From Camelus dromedarius (taxonomy: Eukaryota), in contig NC_087437.1 of assembly GCF_036321535.1 (NCBI RefSeq), forward strand, positions 91,824,001 to 91,888,000: a stretch of DNA of 64,000 nt, written 5' to 3'. A program made the position numbers and the translations under genes. Position 1 is the first letter of the stretch, and each line of letters begins with the position of its first letter. The notes beneath the pieces are model-generated. The model saw only the letters and a program-made list of their open reading frames with translations. It was not told where the DNA came from and ran no database searches. Positions 40,446 to 53,541 of the stretch are shown piece after piece.

Positions 40446-41502
40446 CCTATGGACTGGGAGAAAATATCTGCAAACAATGAGACCCACAAGGGCTCAAATT
40501 CCAGAATATACAAATAGCTCATACAACTCAATAAAAACAACAGCAACAAAAATGCAATCAAATCTAAACAGACATTTCTCCAATGAAGACATGCAGATGG
40601 CCAAGAGGCTCATGAAAAGATGCTCAATATTGCTAATTATACAAAGAGAAATACAAATCAAAACTACAATGATGTATCACCCCTCACACCACTCAGAATA
40701 GCCATCATTAACAAGTCCACAAATGATAAATGCTGGAGAGGGTGTGGAGAAAAGGAAAAGGGAGCCCTCTTACAACTGTTGGTGGAAATGTAATTTGGTA
40801 CAGAAACTATGGAAAACAGTATGGAGATTCCTTAAAAAAAAAAAACAAAAAACTAAAAGTAGACTTACCCTATGACTCAGCAATCCCACTTTTGGTCATA
40901 TATCCAGAGGACACTTTAGTTCAAAAAGATACATGCACCCTCAAGTTCATAGCAGCACTATTTACAATAGCCAAAACATGGAAGCAACCTAAATGTCCGT
41001 CAGCTGATGACTGAATAAAGAAGATGTGATCTATATACAACAGAATACTACTCAACCATAAAAAAGAATAAAATTCTACCATTTGCAATAACATGGATGG
41101 ACCTAGAGATTATCGTACTAAGAAAAGTAAGTCAAACAGAGAAAGACAAATATCATATGATATCACATATTTGGAATGTAAAAAAATGATACAAATGAAC
41201 TTATTTACAAAACAGACATAGATGCACATGGGAAAAAAACTTATGGTGACTAGAGGGCGAAGGGGGAGGGAGGGATAAATTAGGAGTCTGAGATCTGCAG
41301 ATACTAATGACCAAATAGAAAATAGAAAAACAAGGTTTTACTGTTTAGCGCAGGGAACTATATTCAAAATATTGTAATAACCTACAATGATAAAGAATAT
41401 GTAAATACATGTATGTATAGTTGAATCAATATGCTGTACACTAGAAACTAATACAACATTGTAAATCATTTATACTTCAATAAATTTTTTTTTAAATTTT
41501 AA
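40446..41502 (+). mobile_element. 5'-truncated lineage-specific L1 (ORF2 end + 3' UTR)
   Basis: Track ORF 40730..41014 contains LPYDSAIPLL...FIAALFTIAKTWKQPKCPS. Tail tatacttcaataaa. 11-bp TSD aaatgttccac at 40435-40445 and 41503-41513. Confidence 0.92.
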
Positions 41503-41844
41503 AAATGTTCCACTGAATCTACAGTGCATGAACAATACATTACAATAAAAGGACAAGTTGCTTCAAAAATCTTATTCTTTCTCACAATGTAATTAAATTT
41601 AAAAAGTGACATAATATTCCTGTCTCACCCAAAATTTTATTGCAGCTATATCAAATTTTTCATGAGTTTCAGCTTTATCTTATACAAATCAAAGGAGATT
41701 CTATGCAGGGAATTTTTTGAAATGCTGGTTAAATTAGACTTAGTTCTGCTTTAAATATCAAAGAAAACGAAGAATCTATTTTAAATTTAGATAACTGTCT
41801 AAGTTGTCTGTTCTTTAATTGCCTTTGCACATGCAAAGTTTACC

Positions 41845-42310
41845 ACTGCCAATGTGACAAATTACCACAAATTTAGTGGCTTAAACATAAATTTATTACC
41901 ATATAGTATCAGCATTTAGAAGTCAGAAATTAGTCTCACTGGGCTAAAATCAAGGTTTCATCATGATGTGTTTCTTCAAATGCTCTAGTGAAAAAACCCT
42001 TTCCCTTGCCTCTTCCATCCTGTGCAGGCTGCTGTATTCATTGGCTTATGTCCCCCTCCCATTTCCAAGCCAGCAATTACATCACTCCATCCTCTGCTCC
42101 CCTGACTCTAATCCTCCTGCCTTCCACTTCCACCTCTAAGGACTCTTGTGATTATACTGGACCCACCCAGGTCATCCAGGATAATCTCTCCATCTCAAAT
42201 TCCTTAATTTAACCACATCTGCACAGTTTCTTTTTCCATGTAGGTTAAAATATTAACAGTATTACAATGTTAGGATATGGAGACCTTTGGTGGGGGTATT
42301 CTGTCTAACA
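41845..42310 (-). mobile_element. MLT1C/D-like MaLR solo LTR
   Basis: acaaattaccacaaatttagtggcttaa...gggctaaaatcaagg...aaggactcttgtgatta...ccaggataatctc...acatctgca. Confidence 0.85.
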
Positions 42311-43134
42311 AATTTGTTTTCCAGCTATTCAATTAAACTTTGTAACTATTGATGCAAATTAATTTATAATATTGATTCCTGAAAGATATATTATCCTTTA
42401 TGTTCTGATTTCAAACTGCTCTATTTTTTTCATAAGAAGTAAAATTGATTAACCCAGTCTTATTAACAGAAAATAGTGCCTTATAAGAAATTTTAAAACT
42501 TAATTTGGTATTATCTATGAATTTAATATTTTAACTCATTTCAAATAAGCAAACTCATTAGCCAATTCACTGGAAAGTCAATATTCACAACACAGTGTCA
42601 ATTATTTAAAATGCCATTTTTTTCTTTCTGAATTTTACCAGAGATTTTTTTTTGTAAATAGAAATTTCTTGACCTATTAAAGAGTCTTTTCCATAACTAA
42701 ACTTTGATTTACACACCTTCCATAAATTCAAATGTTTCACACACACATATATATATATATATAAAATATATATTTTATCTACATATATTTTATATACTTA
42801 GAAGACTGATACTGTTTGCTAACCAGTCACTTATATTCACAAATTAAGAAAGGGTTAGTATTCTGGCTTTGAACTGTATCATATGCTAAATCTAAATTGA
42901 GAAATAAAAATATACTAATTTTTGATTATAAAAAAATTTAGTTTCTGCATTCAGATACCATAATGTTTAGTAAACTCATGGGCATTCTGCAAAAATACAT
43001 CATAACAAATGTTTATTATAACATAATTTTAAATGACTATTGTTATCAATGCAATGGAAACATTAATAATATGAGAAGTAAGAAATGACTAAAATAAAAG
43101 TAGTAATTTTAGTATCATCAAATAATAAATAGAT

Positions 43135-43479
43135 TGCTATGGTCTGAATGTTTGTGTCCCCCAAAATTCACATGTTGAAACCCTAATATTCAATGTGATG
43201 TTTTTTAGGAGGTGGATACTTTGTGGGGTGAGTATGTGGAGCCTTCATGAATGGGATTTGTACTCTTCTAAGAAAGAACCCACAAAGCTCCCTGGCCCCT
43301 TCTGTCACATAAGGATACAATGAGGAGTCTGCAACCAGGAACAGGTCCTTCACACAACCATGCTGGCACCCTGATCTCGGACTTCCAGCTTCCAGAACCG
43401 TGAGAAATAAATCTAAGTTTTTTTTATAAGCTACCCAGTTTGTGCTATTTTGTTACAGCAGCCTGAATGAATTAAGACA
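43135..43479 (+). mobile_element. MLT1A-like MaLR solo LTR, complete
   Basis: TG...CA ends: tgctatggtctgaatgtttgtgtcccccaaaattc ... ttacagcagcctgaatgaattaagaca, with internal aataaa. Confidence 0.9.
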
Positions 43480-44269
43480 GATGTACATGAACAAACGAGA
43501 CAGTCAGAAGAGGAGGCAAAACAATATCAAGCAAATATATCATAAATAAACTGTTCCTTTCCAGTAAGTTATACCAGTGTACTCAGAGTTTTCTTTATAT
43601 TTTGAAGTTCTGTATTTGAAAGCTTGCTATATTTACCTCATTACATGTCAAGAATTATGGCTTATATTTCCCAATTTACATAAATGATTTCATACATTCT
43701 TTGACAATTCTACTGCATTACATTTCTTGGCACAGGGCATTTCCTCCTATTTGGGAAATGAGAGGCACAATGCCTTCTGTTCCTACACTAAGACTATAGA
43801 CATGGTGATGTGTTGTATAAATGCATTTTAAATCCCAAAGCACTGGACAATTGTCAGAGCCTGAAGGATATGGTCCTCACAAGACAACATAACCATACAT
43901 ATGAAATCAGCTCATAGCCACAGGTACTGAGAGGACACTTAGCTGATTCAACAGTAGCCCCAGTGCAGAACTGCCCAATAAGCATGAAAAACCCAGAGGG
44001 AAACCAGATTTCTGGCCAGAGCCCTAGGGAAAGCAGCTTGTGTAAGCAAGACAGTATAAGGGGAAACCCCTCCTTTAAAATTTTTTTTCTTTTTCTCTTC
44101 TATCCACGTATATTGAAAGAATTATAAAACCATCTCAAGTGTTCAGCCATGCAATTGACATGCTTGTATTTCTCCAGTCTATGTGATTGACTAAAGTAAT
44201 GAGTAGATTATTTGACATAATCCTTCACAGTGTCAACTCTGCAAACAACTGGAAGATGTAACATGGATT

Positions 44270-44730
44270 CTGTCAGTTAGCTGTTGCTGTGTAACAAACC
44301 TGCCCATAACTAGATGACTGCCTTAAAGCAACACTGGTTTTATTTTAATCACTCTTAAGTCCGCATTTTGGCTGAGGAATAGCTGAAGGGGAGTGAGTGG
44401 CTGGGTTGCTGTGCTTCAATCTGTGGATCAGACTGGGTGCAGTTCCTCACCTAGAGTGAGCTCAGCTCTGCTCCACATGTGCCTCCATGAGGCATTCATC
44501 ATGGAGTTGTCAGAGCCAGAAAAGGAGAAGCAGAAATGTGAAGCCTTTTAAGGCTGAAGGTTTGCAAAGGCACACGTGCTCGTCCACATCATTCACTTGG
44601 CAAAAGTTAGAGGGCCAAACCCAAATTCCAAGAGTTAAGAAAGCATGCCCTGTTTTCAGTGGGAAGGCACTGCAAAACTACGTAATACATGTATGTGAGG
44701 TTGCCATTCTCTTTCAAATTTCTGATCATC
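44270..44730 (-). mobile_element. Older MLT1 (H/J-like) solo LTR
   Basis: tgtcagttagctgttgctgtgtaacaaac...ttaaagcaaca...tggcaaaagttagagggccaaaccca...tgggaaggcactgcaaa. Confidence 0.75.
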
Positions 44731-45249
44731 GTGCTACATTTCTGTAGAAATTCTGCTGGATTGAAAATCTGGCATCTCCCTCTTCTATTAAAAAAATAGT
44801 CTCTCCTTTACAATATTTATAATTTTAAAACTGATATTAAATTTAGAAGACTAATCTCTTCTGCTATCTAAATAATTGGTTTGCTACTTTTCTCACATTA
44901 CTTCATTTTAACTAAGATGCATATGTGTCCTTATATATATGTATTTATCATTCATTCATTTCTTTTTGCTTTTAATGTTCAAAATATGCATCTGTTATAT
45001 ACACTTTTAGTGAATTTGTACTATTGCAGCTATCCTAAAAGGACTGGAAGAGAGATAAGGGATAACATAAAAAAAAATTACATGGGAAAAATAATGAAGT
45101 ATCTCTGGTAGGGCCATCTAACAGCATCCATTATTGCCATTTTCTCGTTCTACCTAGGCATTTGGTCAGACAACATTGCTCAGCCTCCCTTTATGTTAGG
45201 TATGATTCTGTGTATACACTCTTGCACAGGAGAATTTTTAGGAATGAGG

Positions 45250-46200
45250 ACTGTGGTGGTGGATGTCCAACTGTATGCCTTTGTTAAAACTATACACCAA
45301 AAAGAGTAAACATTTTTATGTAAATTAAAAAAAAAAAACAAGAGTAGCAAGGGATCCCAGAATGGAATACAGACTCAGATGAAACTAACTACAAATTCCT
45401 TACTGAAGAGAGTATGGAAAAATGTGCTAAGTAAACCTGGAAATCAGTGTTTTGAGAGTATATTTTAAACCAAAGCAAAAAAGAAAAACTATGTACACAC
45501 ACTGTACTCTACTTGGGAAAATTTGTTCCTTACAGCAGTATAGGTTTTCAATTCTGAAATTATTTCACATGTATCTTAGAGTTGGATAAATAAGTATATT
45601 GCAGGTAATGAGAGCCAGGTCCCTCACTGCCGGAGAAAGCAGTTACAAACAAGCAAGGGAGTAGGAGGAGGGAGACCATGATAAAATGTTACCGTGGTGA
45701 GATTAAAGTGGGAGATAGCATGAATTTATATAAATATACACGTAACATGTGAATAAATACACAGATAGATAGGAACACATAAAAGTATATGTGTGTAAAG
45801 ACACTAGGAGAAATTCATAATTTCTAGCTTTGTTATGTTGAAAGGACCTAGACACAATGATAATTCAGGAGCAATGAGCACACCCAGTATCCAAATTTTA
45901 GTTTCTAATGCCATTCTCCAATAAAAGGAGCCAAGGTGACTTGGTGACATGGCTGATTCTGGAACTGGACGTGAAAAATGCAAGATAAGCCTTGTGTGTT
46001 TTAAAGTGCCAGAAGGAAAGAGAGTGAGAAAAGGGAAAAAAAAAAAAAAGCATATCAAAAGGACAGAGTCAACATATAAGAGTTGCCAATGGCCAAACTT
46101 GGAATAAGTTCAACAAGAATAAAATGATAGTTGTATTAAAATCTAATCTAAAAAGAAAAATAAGAATCTGTGACCCCGTGCTGATAGATTATGATTACTT
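45250..46200 (+). mobile_element. L1MC/L1MD-type 3' UTR relic
   Basis: ttgttaaaactatacaccaaaaagagt, gggatcccagaatggaatacagact and atggctgattctggaactgg...aaatgcaagataagcc are motifs of old L1 3' UTRs. Confidence 0.75.
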
Positions 46201-47910
46201 ATATGCATGGATATCCTCAGTATTCCAAAGGGGAGTATACTAAAGTGGAGTATTTTGTGTAATTTATTTTTTCCTTCTTGTTATGTATTTTTTTTTTTGA
46301 GAAAATGTACACCAGGAGAGAGAACAGCTGCTATAAATAATTAAAGTGTGATTCTTCTGGGCCAAGATAGCAAAAGTTGTTAAAGCTAAATGTGACATCT
46401 CTGCTCCATGATTTTAATAGGAAACATTATTTCCAAGTGCAGCTTCTTAAGGTACTGTTCAAATCAGCACAGATCTAAAATCATGCTTGGAACTTTTGCA
46501 AACAGACTTATAAAGTGGGAATTTATGAAACATACTCTGGCTTCTGTCTCCTCTGTCCCTATGTCAAGTCTTACCCACTAGTGGCTGTCATACTTATACA
46601 CTTGTATGGGCATCATGGAAAAAAAAAATCCTGTTTATGGGTTTCCTGCCTACACTGATTCATATCAAGTTAGAGAATTTGAAAGTCAGTTGCTAAATGA
46701 ATTACTTCAATTTGCAGGGAAAACTGATTTACAATGAGACCCCAAAACCAGAGAGATTTAACAGAACCGTGTTACACATGCTAAGAACTCTGCACTCTGA
46801 GTGAAAGAGGCAATATGACCAACAAAATTTCTTTCTGATCCACATCTAAAATGCCTCCAGGAATAATGACCTGGGTTTCTTTTTATTTTACTTTTTTTCA
46901 CAAAGAAGTGACATATACATATGGCCAAAAGGTCATTTTTATCTTTATTTTATACTTTTCTGAGAGTAAGGGAAAAATACTAAAACTATTCCTCTTTATC
47001 CTCTAGCCCTTTCCCTAAATATACCTCTGTTAACAGATTTTTTTAAGATTCTTCCTACAATATGTATATACACATACACATATACGTGTGTGTGTGACTA
47101 GTTAAATATAAACATACTTTAAATATGGTTCTTCATATTCTTAATTTTTTACTTTTTAATATATCTTAGAGATTTTCCATATGAACACATACATATTCAT
47201 TGACAGAGTGTAATTTTGAATGTCCAAAACTAACTGACACCCTCACAGATTTTTTGGCATACATTTGTGGTCACACCCCCATAAATAGAACATTGGCAGT
47301 TCAGCTGCAGTATCAAGGGCAAGCATGGAGCTCCATGGTAGAGATAATGGTACAAATCAGCATATTGGATCTGTAAATCATGTCAAAGCAACAAAGAGTA
47401 TAAGAAGCAAAAATTAAAACTTCATTATAAGAAAAACATGTGGCAGTCAAACCTTAGAAGATAAAATAGGCAGAAGCATTTCTGAAAGGAATAGAGATTG
47501 AACAATTGTGTCTTGGAAGCAGTGGGTAGAAGTTTCTTTGCCTCTGGATCTCAGAAAGATCCTACAGAGTCCATCTCTTTAGCTAAAAATCACAACCTGT
47601 AGTGCAATCCTTAGATCTCACGTTAGTAACAGGGGGAATGAGACACATGACCAGCCATTGGGGCTTTCCTAGGCCTGCCTTGGCTCTGACAACAGAAGAG
47701 GAGTTAAATGAGGAATCGTAAGAACAAAGCACATATTCAGAAACAGTATTTCTCTGTAGTGGTAGGAAAAGAGAATTTTGCATGGGAAACCTTTCAACTG
47801 CTTGTCCCTATTTGCTGGGAAAAAATGAAAGCAAAGGAGCTCAAATATGAAATCCTGGCTTATAAGAAAATATCTTACTTAGCCACCTTGACTCTCTCTA
47901 TAAAGTTTCT

Positions 47911-48424
47911 TGAGGTAGGCAGAAAAAAATGGCCATCCAAAAATATCCGTACCCCAGGACCTGTGAATATATTACTTTACATGGCAACAAGAATGTTGCA
48001 TATGTGATTAAGGTTATAGATATCGAGATGGGAAGATATGAATTAACCAGAGTGGGCCCAGTTTAGACACATGAGCTCTTTAAAATGGAGACCATTTCCT
48101 TCAGGGAGAGATGTGACACAGCAGAAGCACCCCAAAAAATGTGATGATAGAGGACTCGACCAGCTGTTTCTAGCTTTGAAGGTGGATGAAAGAAAACATG
48201 TCTAAGAATACGGTGACCTCTAGTACTAGGAAAACGCAAGGAAGCACATTTCCCATTTAAGCCTCTAAAAGGAATAGACTCCTGCTGACGCTATGATTTT
48301 AAGTCTAGCAAGACCCATGTTGGACTTCTAAATTATGAATCTATACGAAAAGAAAGAAATTTGCATTCTTTTAAGCCACTAAGTTTTGTGGACATTTGTC
48401 ACATCAGCAATAGAAAACTAAACA
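47911..48424 (+). mobile_element. MLT1D-like MaLR solo LTR
   Basis: tgaggtaggcagaaaaaaatggcc...acctgtgaatattattactttacatggcaa...ttttaagccactaagttt...cagcaatagaaaactaaaca. Confidence 0.88.
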
Positions 48425-48429
48425 GTCTG

Positions 48430-49577
48430 CAAGAACTGAATCATACTGACCCTATTGGCCCCCGCAGATCACTGCTTCCTTTCCCAGTTATTCACAATTA
48501 ATTCCATAGGTCTTTAGAATTTTGGAACAAAACTATGCCATCTTCTACAGGTGATTAGCCTAATTTTGAGAAACAGCTTTGAGCTAGTAATTGAAGGTTA
48601 ATAGACTGAATATGTGGCCATTAACTCCCAAGTTACTATACAACTTTAGTTTTCCATCATAAACTGCATGTGCATAGATCTACTAAGTCATAAAGATGGG
48701 CATGCAGAGCAATCATGCAGAATAAACTTCCATGAAGTGGAAGTGGTGTACACAAAGTCAGGCTTTAGCAGGTCCCAACATCATGAATAAGTAACTTGAA
48801 CAAGTGGTACTAATGCCCATGACACTGATTCCTAATATCTCATTGTTTTTCTTTCTCAACCTGAATGGCCTCAATGGGAACTGAATATAAACAAATGATG
48901 GAAGAAGAAATAGTTTAAACCTAATTTTTTTTAACATTTTTCATTGATTTATAATCATTTTACAATGTAAACCTAATTTCTTGATGATCCTGCATGATAT
49001 GATGACACTACCAAAAATATCCACCATAGCACTGCAATCTTACTCCATGGTGACCCTTAAGGCAGTATTGAAGGAAAATCTACTTCATGGGCAGGTGTTT
49101 TTCCATTTAACCTGAAGATTCAGATCTCTAATTACTTACAAACAGTGGCTAATTTTCTGGCTGAATGAGGAACTTTAAAGGAAACAGACTGGAAATTTGG
49201 TGGGAAGACATATATGGTTAGACTGCAAAAAGTTTTAAGAAAAATGTGAAATATAGATGCCCCAAAGTATTTATTTAATATTAGGTAAGTGGTTAACAAA
49301 AAGCACCCGAGCAGAAGAGAATCTAAAGAGCCAGGTAGACTAAATGATCTAGTATGTGGTTATCAATCTACATTTCCCCCTAATTACTCCATCCTTGGCA
49401 GTAGATTCATCAAAAAATGGCAGAAATGGCCATGCCTGAGCTCAAAATCATGTCAGTCTATTCATTTAGGACTATATTCTGGCTACAGTCACTCCTGAAT
49501 GCCCATTACTGATTATCCGATATGCACCGTTCTCCAGTGAGATCAACCAACCACCTGGAAGCAATTGTATTACATTA
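48430..49577 (+). pseudogene. Fossil ERVL pol (RT connection - RNase H - integrase N-terminus); more ERVL internal sequence possibly upstream at ~46300-47900
   Basis: Manual translation gives HRSLEFWNKTMPSSTGD*PNFEKQL, SHKDGHAEQ, KWKWCTQSQALAGP, EGKSTSWA and DQPTTWKQLYYI. These are collinear with recalled HERV-L Pol motifs (LGFWSKALPSSADNYSPFEKQLL, SHKVGHAQQ, KWKWYI...AGP, EGKSSQWAE, DQPATWWQVDYI). Confidence 0.85.
48928..48967 (-). mobile_element. 40-bp extreme 3' tip of a young L1
   Basis: Reverse complement cattgtaaaatgattataaatcaatgaaaaatgttaaaaa resembles the L1 tail at 60353-60393. 12-bp TSD taaacctaattt at 48916-48927 and 48968-48979. Confidence 0.85.
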
Positions 49578-52500
49578 AGATTACACTGAAGTAATATTAT
49601 CAGTTTTGATTTTTAAAAGGATTACTCTAACACCAGTAAGAAGATGAACTGAAGGTGAGTAAGATTTTCAGAGATAAAACTGTAATATACGCTACATGTT
49701 TATTATCATTTGGTCATAACCAAGTTCTACAACAAACACTTTCACCCTTTGTTCATTCATAAAGTTGAATTTTATAATTAAAATTCAAATGTGTATTTTC
49801 ATTCTAACTAATTCAGTAGTTTACACTTGTTTGATTTTGGAGTCAATTTACTATTGACAACTTAAAGGAATTAATGGCAATAATTTAGTCAACACTATTT
49901 CCAAAGAATCCCTCATTTTATAATTTTCACTGAATTTGCTTTCTCTAATCCTCTTCTATTCTACCTTCTATGAATATTTTAACAAAGTGAAAAATGGTCA
50001 GCAGTTAAAAATTAAGCACCAAAGGATATCCATCATCTGGAAGACAATGTGAAATAGATAAATCAAAATGAAGGACTAGATAAATGGGAATGGTAAGGCA
50101 GATTAATAAAGTATAAGCAGGGGAGTAAAAAAAAAAAAATCAAAGCTACTCAATTTGAACAATAAACAAAGATCCAGTCTAGCAGTAGGTAGTTATAAGA
50201 AAGACTTGCTTAGGTTTGATTTAAAGGCGGAGAATAGAAATCACTAAAGAATAATAGCAGAGGACTGACATGCGGAGCAAAATAGTGTAGAAAGACAAGG
50301 TTATGTATTCTTATCTAAAGACTGTGTCACATAAGGGAAGGGGGGAGGTGTTAACATTATTTTCTTAACAGAGAGTAGTCTAACAACATGACAGTAAAGT
50401 ATTAGAAGAGAAAGCATGCACACTGTAATTTATAATGTATTTCCTTGATATTTGAACTTCAGAATTTCTCTTTCAATTGAACAACAATCATAAAGATGTG
50501 ACAGTCACATGCCCTTGTACATATTCACAGGACAAATCATCAGAATGATCAATCCTAGAATTTCCTAGTTTTGGTAATTTTATGTATGAATTTCTTATGT
50601 TTCCTTTTCCATTATTTTCTTCCACAATTTTGCATTATTTGGGATAGAGAATGGATTTATTTCTCTTCATTAAGTAGGTACCTATTCGCTTGAATAGCTA
50701 TTAGTGAATAGTTTTTCATCACAATTGAAAAACTGATCTGAGGTATCAATGCTTTGTGCTTCTGCTAACATTACAACATAAATGGTTATTCTGGTTAGAG
50801 TACGTTCCCTGCTATGGGGGGCCTAGATATTTTTCTTAGACAAACCAAGACAAATTTTAAAATTCTTTAAATCAAGTTTTCAGGCTTCCTACAGGGAAAG
50901 CAAGGACTTGTGAAAGAATGTTGTTTGAAGTTTTTACACTTTTTCATGTGAATATGTTAGCTACAATTTAAAGCTACATTTTATAGATTGCTTAGAAGAG
51001 AAATTAAACTCAGCTATCATAAAGGCTGTGTTATGAAACACATTTATTTTCAGAGAAAAAAATGGTTAGTCTCAAAAGCTAAATTATAATGCAGCATTCT
51101 ATTTCTTGACCTGAGTGAGGGTTTTATGGGGGTTCAATTCAAAATAATTCATTAAGCAGGAGGGTGCCAAGATGGCAGAGTAGGATGCTCTTAGTTCACC
51201 CTCTCCCATGAATACACCAAGACAGACATCACAGACCCACCCATTCACTCAGCACACCTGATGAACTTTGATAGAAAATCACCTTCTTCAAAAGACAAAA
51301 TTCCTCACAAAATCTGGTAGGAGAACAACAACAACAACAAAAAGAAGCAAAAATTAATTCAGGACCTGTCCCACAGGGATGGAGTGGCAAAGGAGGAATA
51401 GAGCTTTTATGCTGGGATGCCTCCTCTCCAATGGAGAGGTCAGTGAGGATGGAGGGGGCACCTCTGAGGCTCAGAGGAGTGCACAGCAGCCTCTTGGCTA
51501 GCAGAACTGAGAGAAACTAGCACAAAAGGTCCCTGTGATCCCCAGCCCTAGACACAAGCCAGTGGGAGTGGGCTAGGACTGGCTGCCCGAGCCAGGTGGA
51601 GGGTTAGGGCCAACTGCACAGAGGCAGCTTCAGGAGGCCAGAAGTACTATGGGCTGTGGCTGGGAGTGTATTTAGAACAGAATAGCCTGGGTCCCTCATT
51701 TAAAAAAAAAAAAAAGAAAGAAAGCAGGAAAGAAAGAAAGCAACACCGCCAGTACGCATTGTAAGGAGGGACGAAAGGCAGCTGAGCCATAGCCACTGTC
51801 TCCATAGCCCACGACACAATTGCTGGCGTGTTCTCCTAGAAGAGAGGCAGGGCTGAGCAATAGCTACCATATTCCCTGGTGAGCAGCTCCCAGGTGTAGA
51901 GGGGTTGAAACCTAAATCCGTAAGCAGGAGCTCAGCAACTTCACAGGCAGGACTGAGCTTTGTTTACAGCCCGAGGCAGAGGGGACCAATTTGCTCCACA
52001 GGTGCCTTTGTGGACCCAGGCCTCTAAGACAAATGAGCAAGGACTGGAGTTCTGGCACACAGTGGAGGCAAGTACAGGTGCAGAGTTTTCAGTGGACCTG
52101 CCAACCTTACTCAGACACAGTGCTAGGGATAGTGCTGACCTGATAGCGTGCCATGATCCAAAAGTGTGACCCAGATGTTGGCAGAACTGCACTGGTAGCT
52201 CTGAGGGCAGAGAACCTGGGGGACACCAAAACAGAGTATCTGACTGTGGCCAAAGCAAGGACAAGGGCAATATCAACAAAGAGTACTTGAAGGGCTCCAA
52301 CCCCGCCTGCAACAAACCACAAGTCAGAAACAGTTCTGCAAGCTTCCATTCCAACAAAAGGGGAACAGACCTGGCCCCTGTTAGGGCCGTGACAACCACA
52401 GAACAAAAAGGAGGCCCTGCTGAACAACCAGGGGCAGGCTCTGATCACCACAACACTGGCCACACCCCCACTCAAATATATAACAGCCAACACACAGAAG

Positions 52501-52672
52501 AAAGATGTGGCAACTATCAACATTAAAAAAAAAAAATACTTTGTGACAAAATTATTAGAGGCACACAGTCTACACAGAAATGTGTCCTATTGAAATAAAA
52601 AAAAAAGCCCTTCAAGACCACAGTAGATAACTGATATTTCATAATCTGTAGTGCCAGAGAGTTATAAATAGA

Positions 52673-53541
52673 ATGAAGAAGCAGAGAAACTCCTCCCAAT
52701 TAAAAGAACAATGGAAGTCCCCTGAAAGAACAATTAATGAAATAGACCTTGAGGTCTACTAGATTATGACTTCAAAAAGGAAATGATAAAACTATTGAAT
52801 GAAATACGAGAGACTATGAATAAACATGCAGAATACTATAAAAAGGAAATAGAAAATACAAAGAGGAGCCAATTAAAAACAGAAAACTCAATGGCTGAGA
52901 TAAGAGCCAAGTTAAAGGCAGTCAAAAGCAGACTAAATAATGTAAAGGGACAAGTAAGTGACTTAGAAGACAGGATAACAGAAATCACCCAATCAGAACA
53001 ACAGAAAGAAAAGCAAGTAAAAACTAATGAAACCAATATAAGGGACCTATGAGATAATATAAAGCACCCCAATCTTTGCATAATAGGGGTCCCAGAAGGA
53101 AAAGAAAGAGAATAGGGGATTGAAAAGGTATTTGAAGAAATCGTGATCAAAAACTTCCCAAACCTAAAGGTACAGTACAGGAAGCACAGAGGGTCCCTAA
53201 TAAGAAGAACCCAAATAGACCTACAACAAGACATATAATTAAGATGGCCACGGTTAAAAATAAAGAAATGATTCTAAAGGCAACAAGAGAAAAACTGTTT
53301 CAGGGGAACCCCCATAAGGCTTTCAGCTGATTTTTCAACACAAACATTGTAGGCCAGAAGGCAGAGGTAAAATATGTTCAAAGTCTTGAATGAGAAAAAG
53401 CTGCAAACTAGGATACTCTTTCCGGCAAGACTATCATTTAAAATAGAAGGAGAGAAAAAGAATTTCACAGACAAGCAAAAACTAAAAGAATTCAGCAATA
53501 CTAAACCTATGCTAAAAGAAATATTGAAAGGTCTACTCTGA
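52673..53541 (+). pseudogene. L1 ORF1p of element A (disrupted)
   Basis: ATG AAG AAG CAG AGA AAC start, coiled-coil track ORF 52783..53052, and C-terminus ...KPMLKEILKGLL*. Internal stops and frameshifts. Confidence 0.9.
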
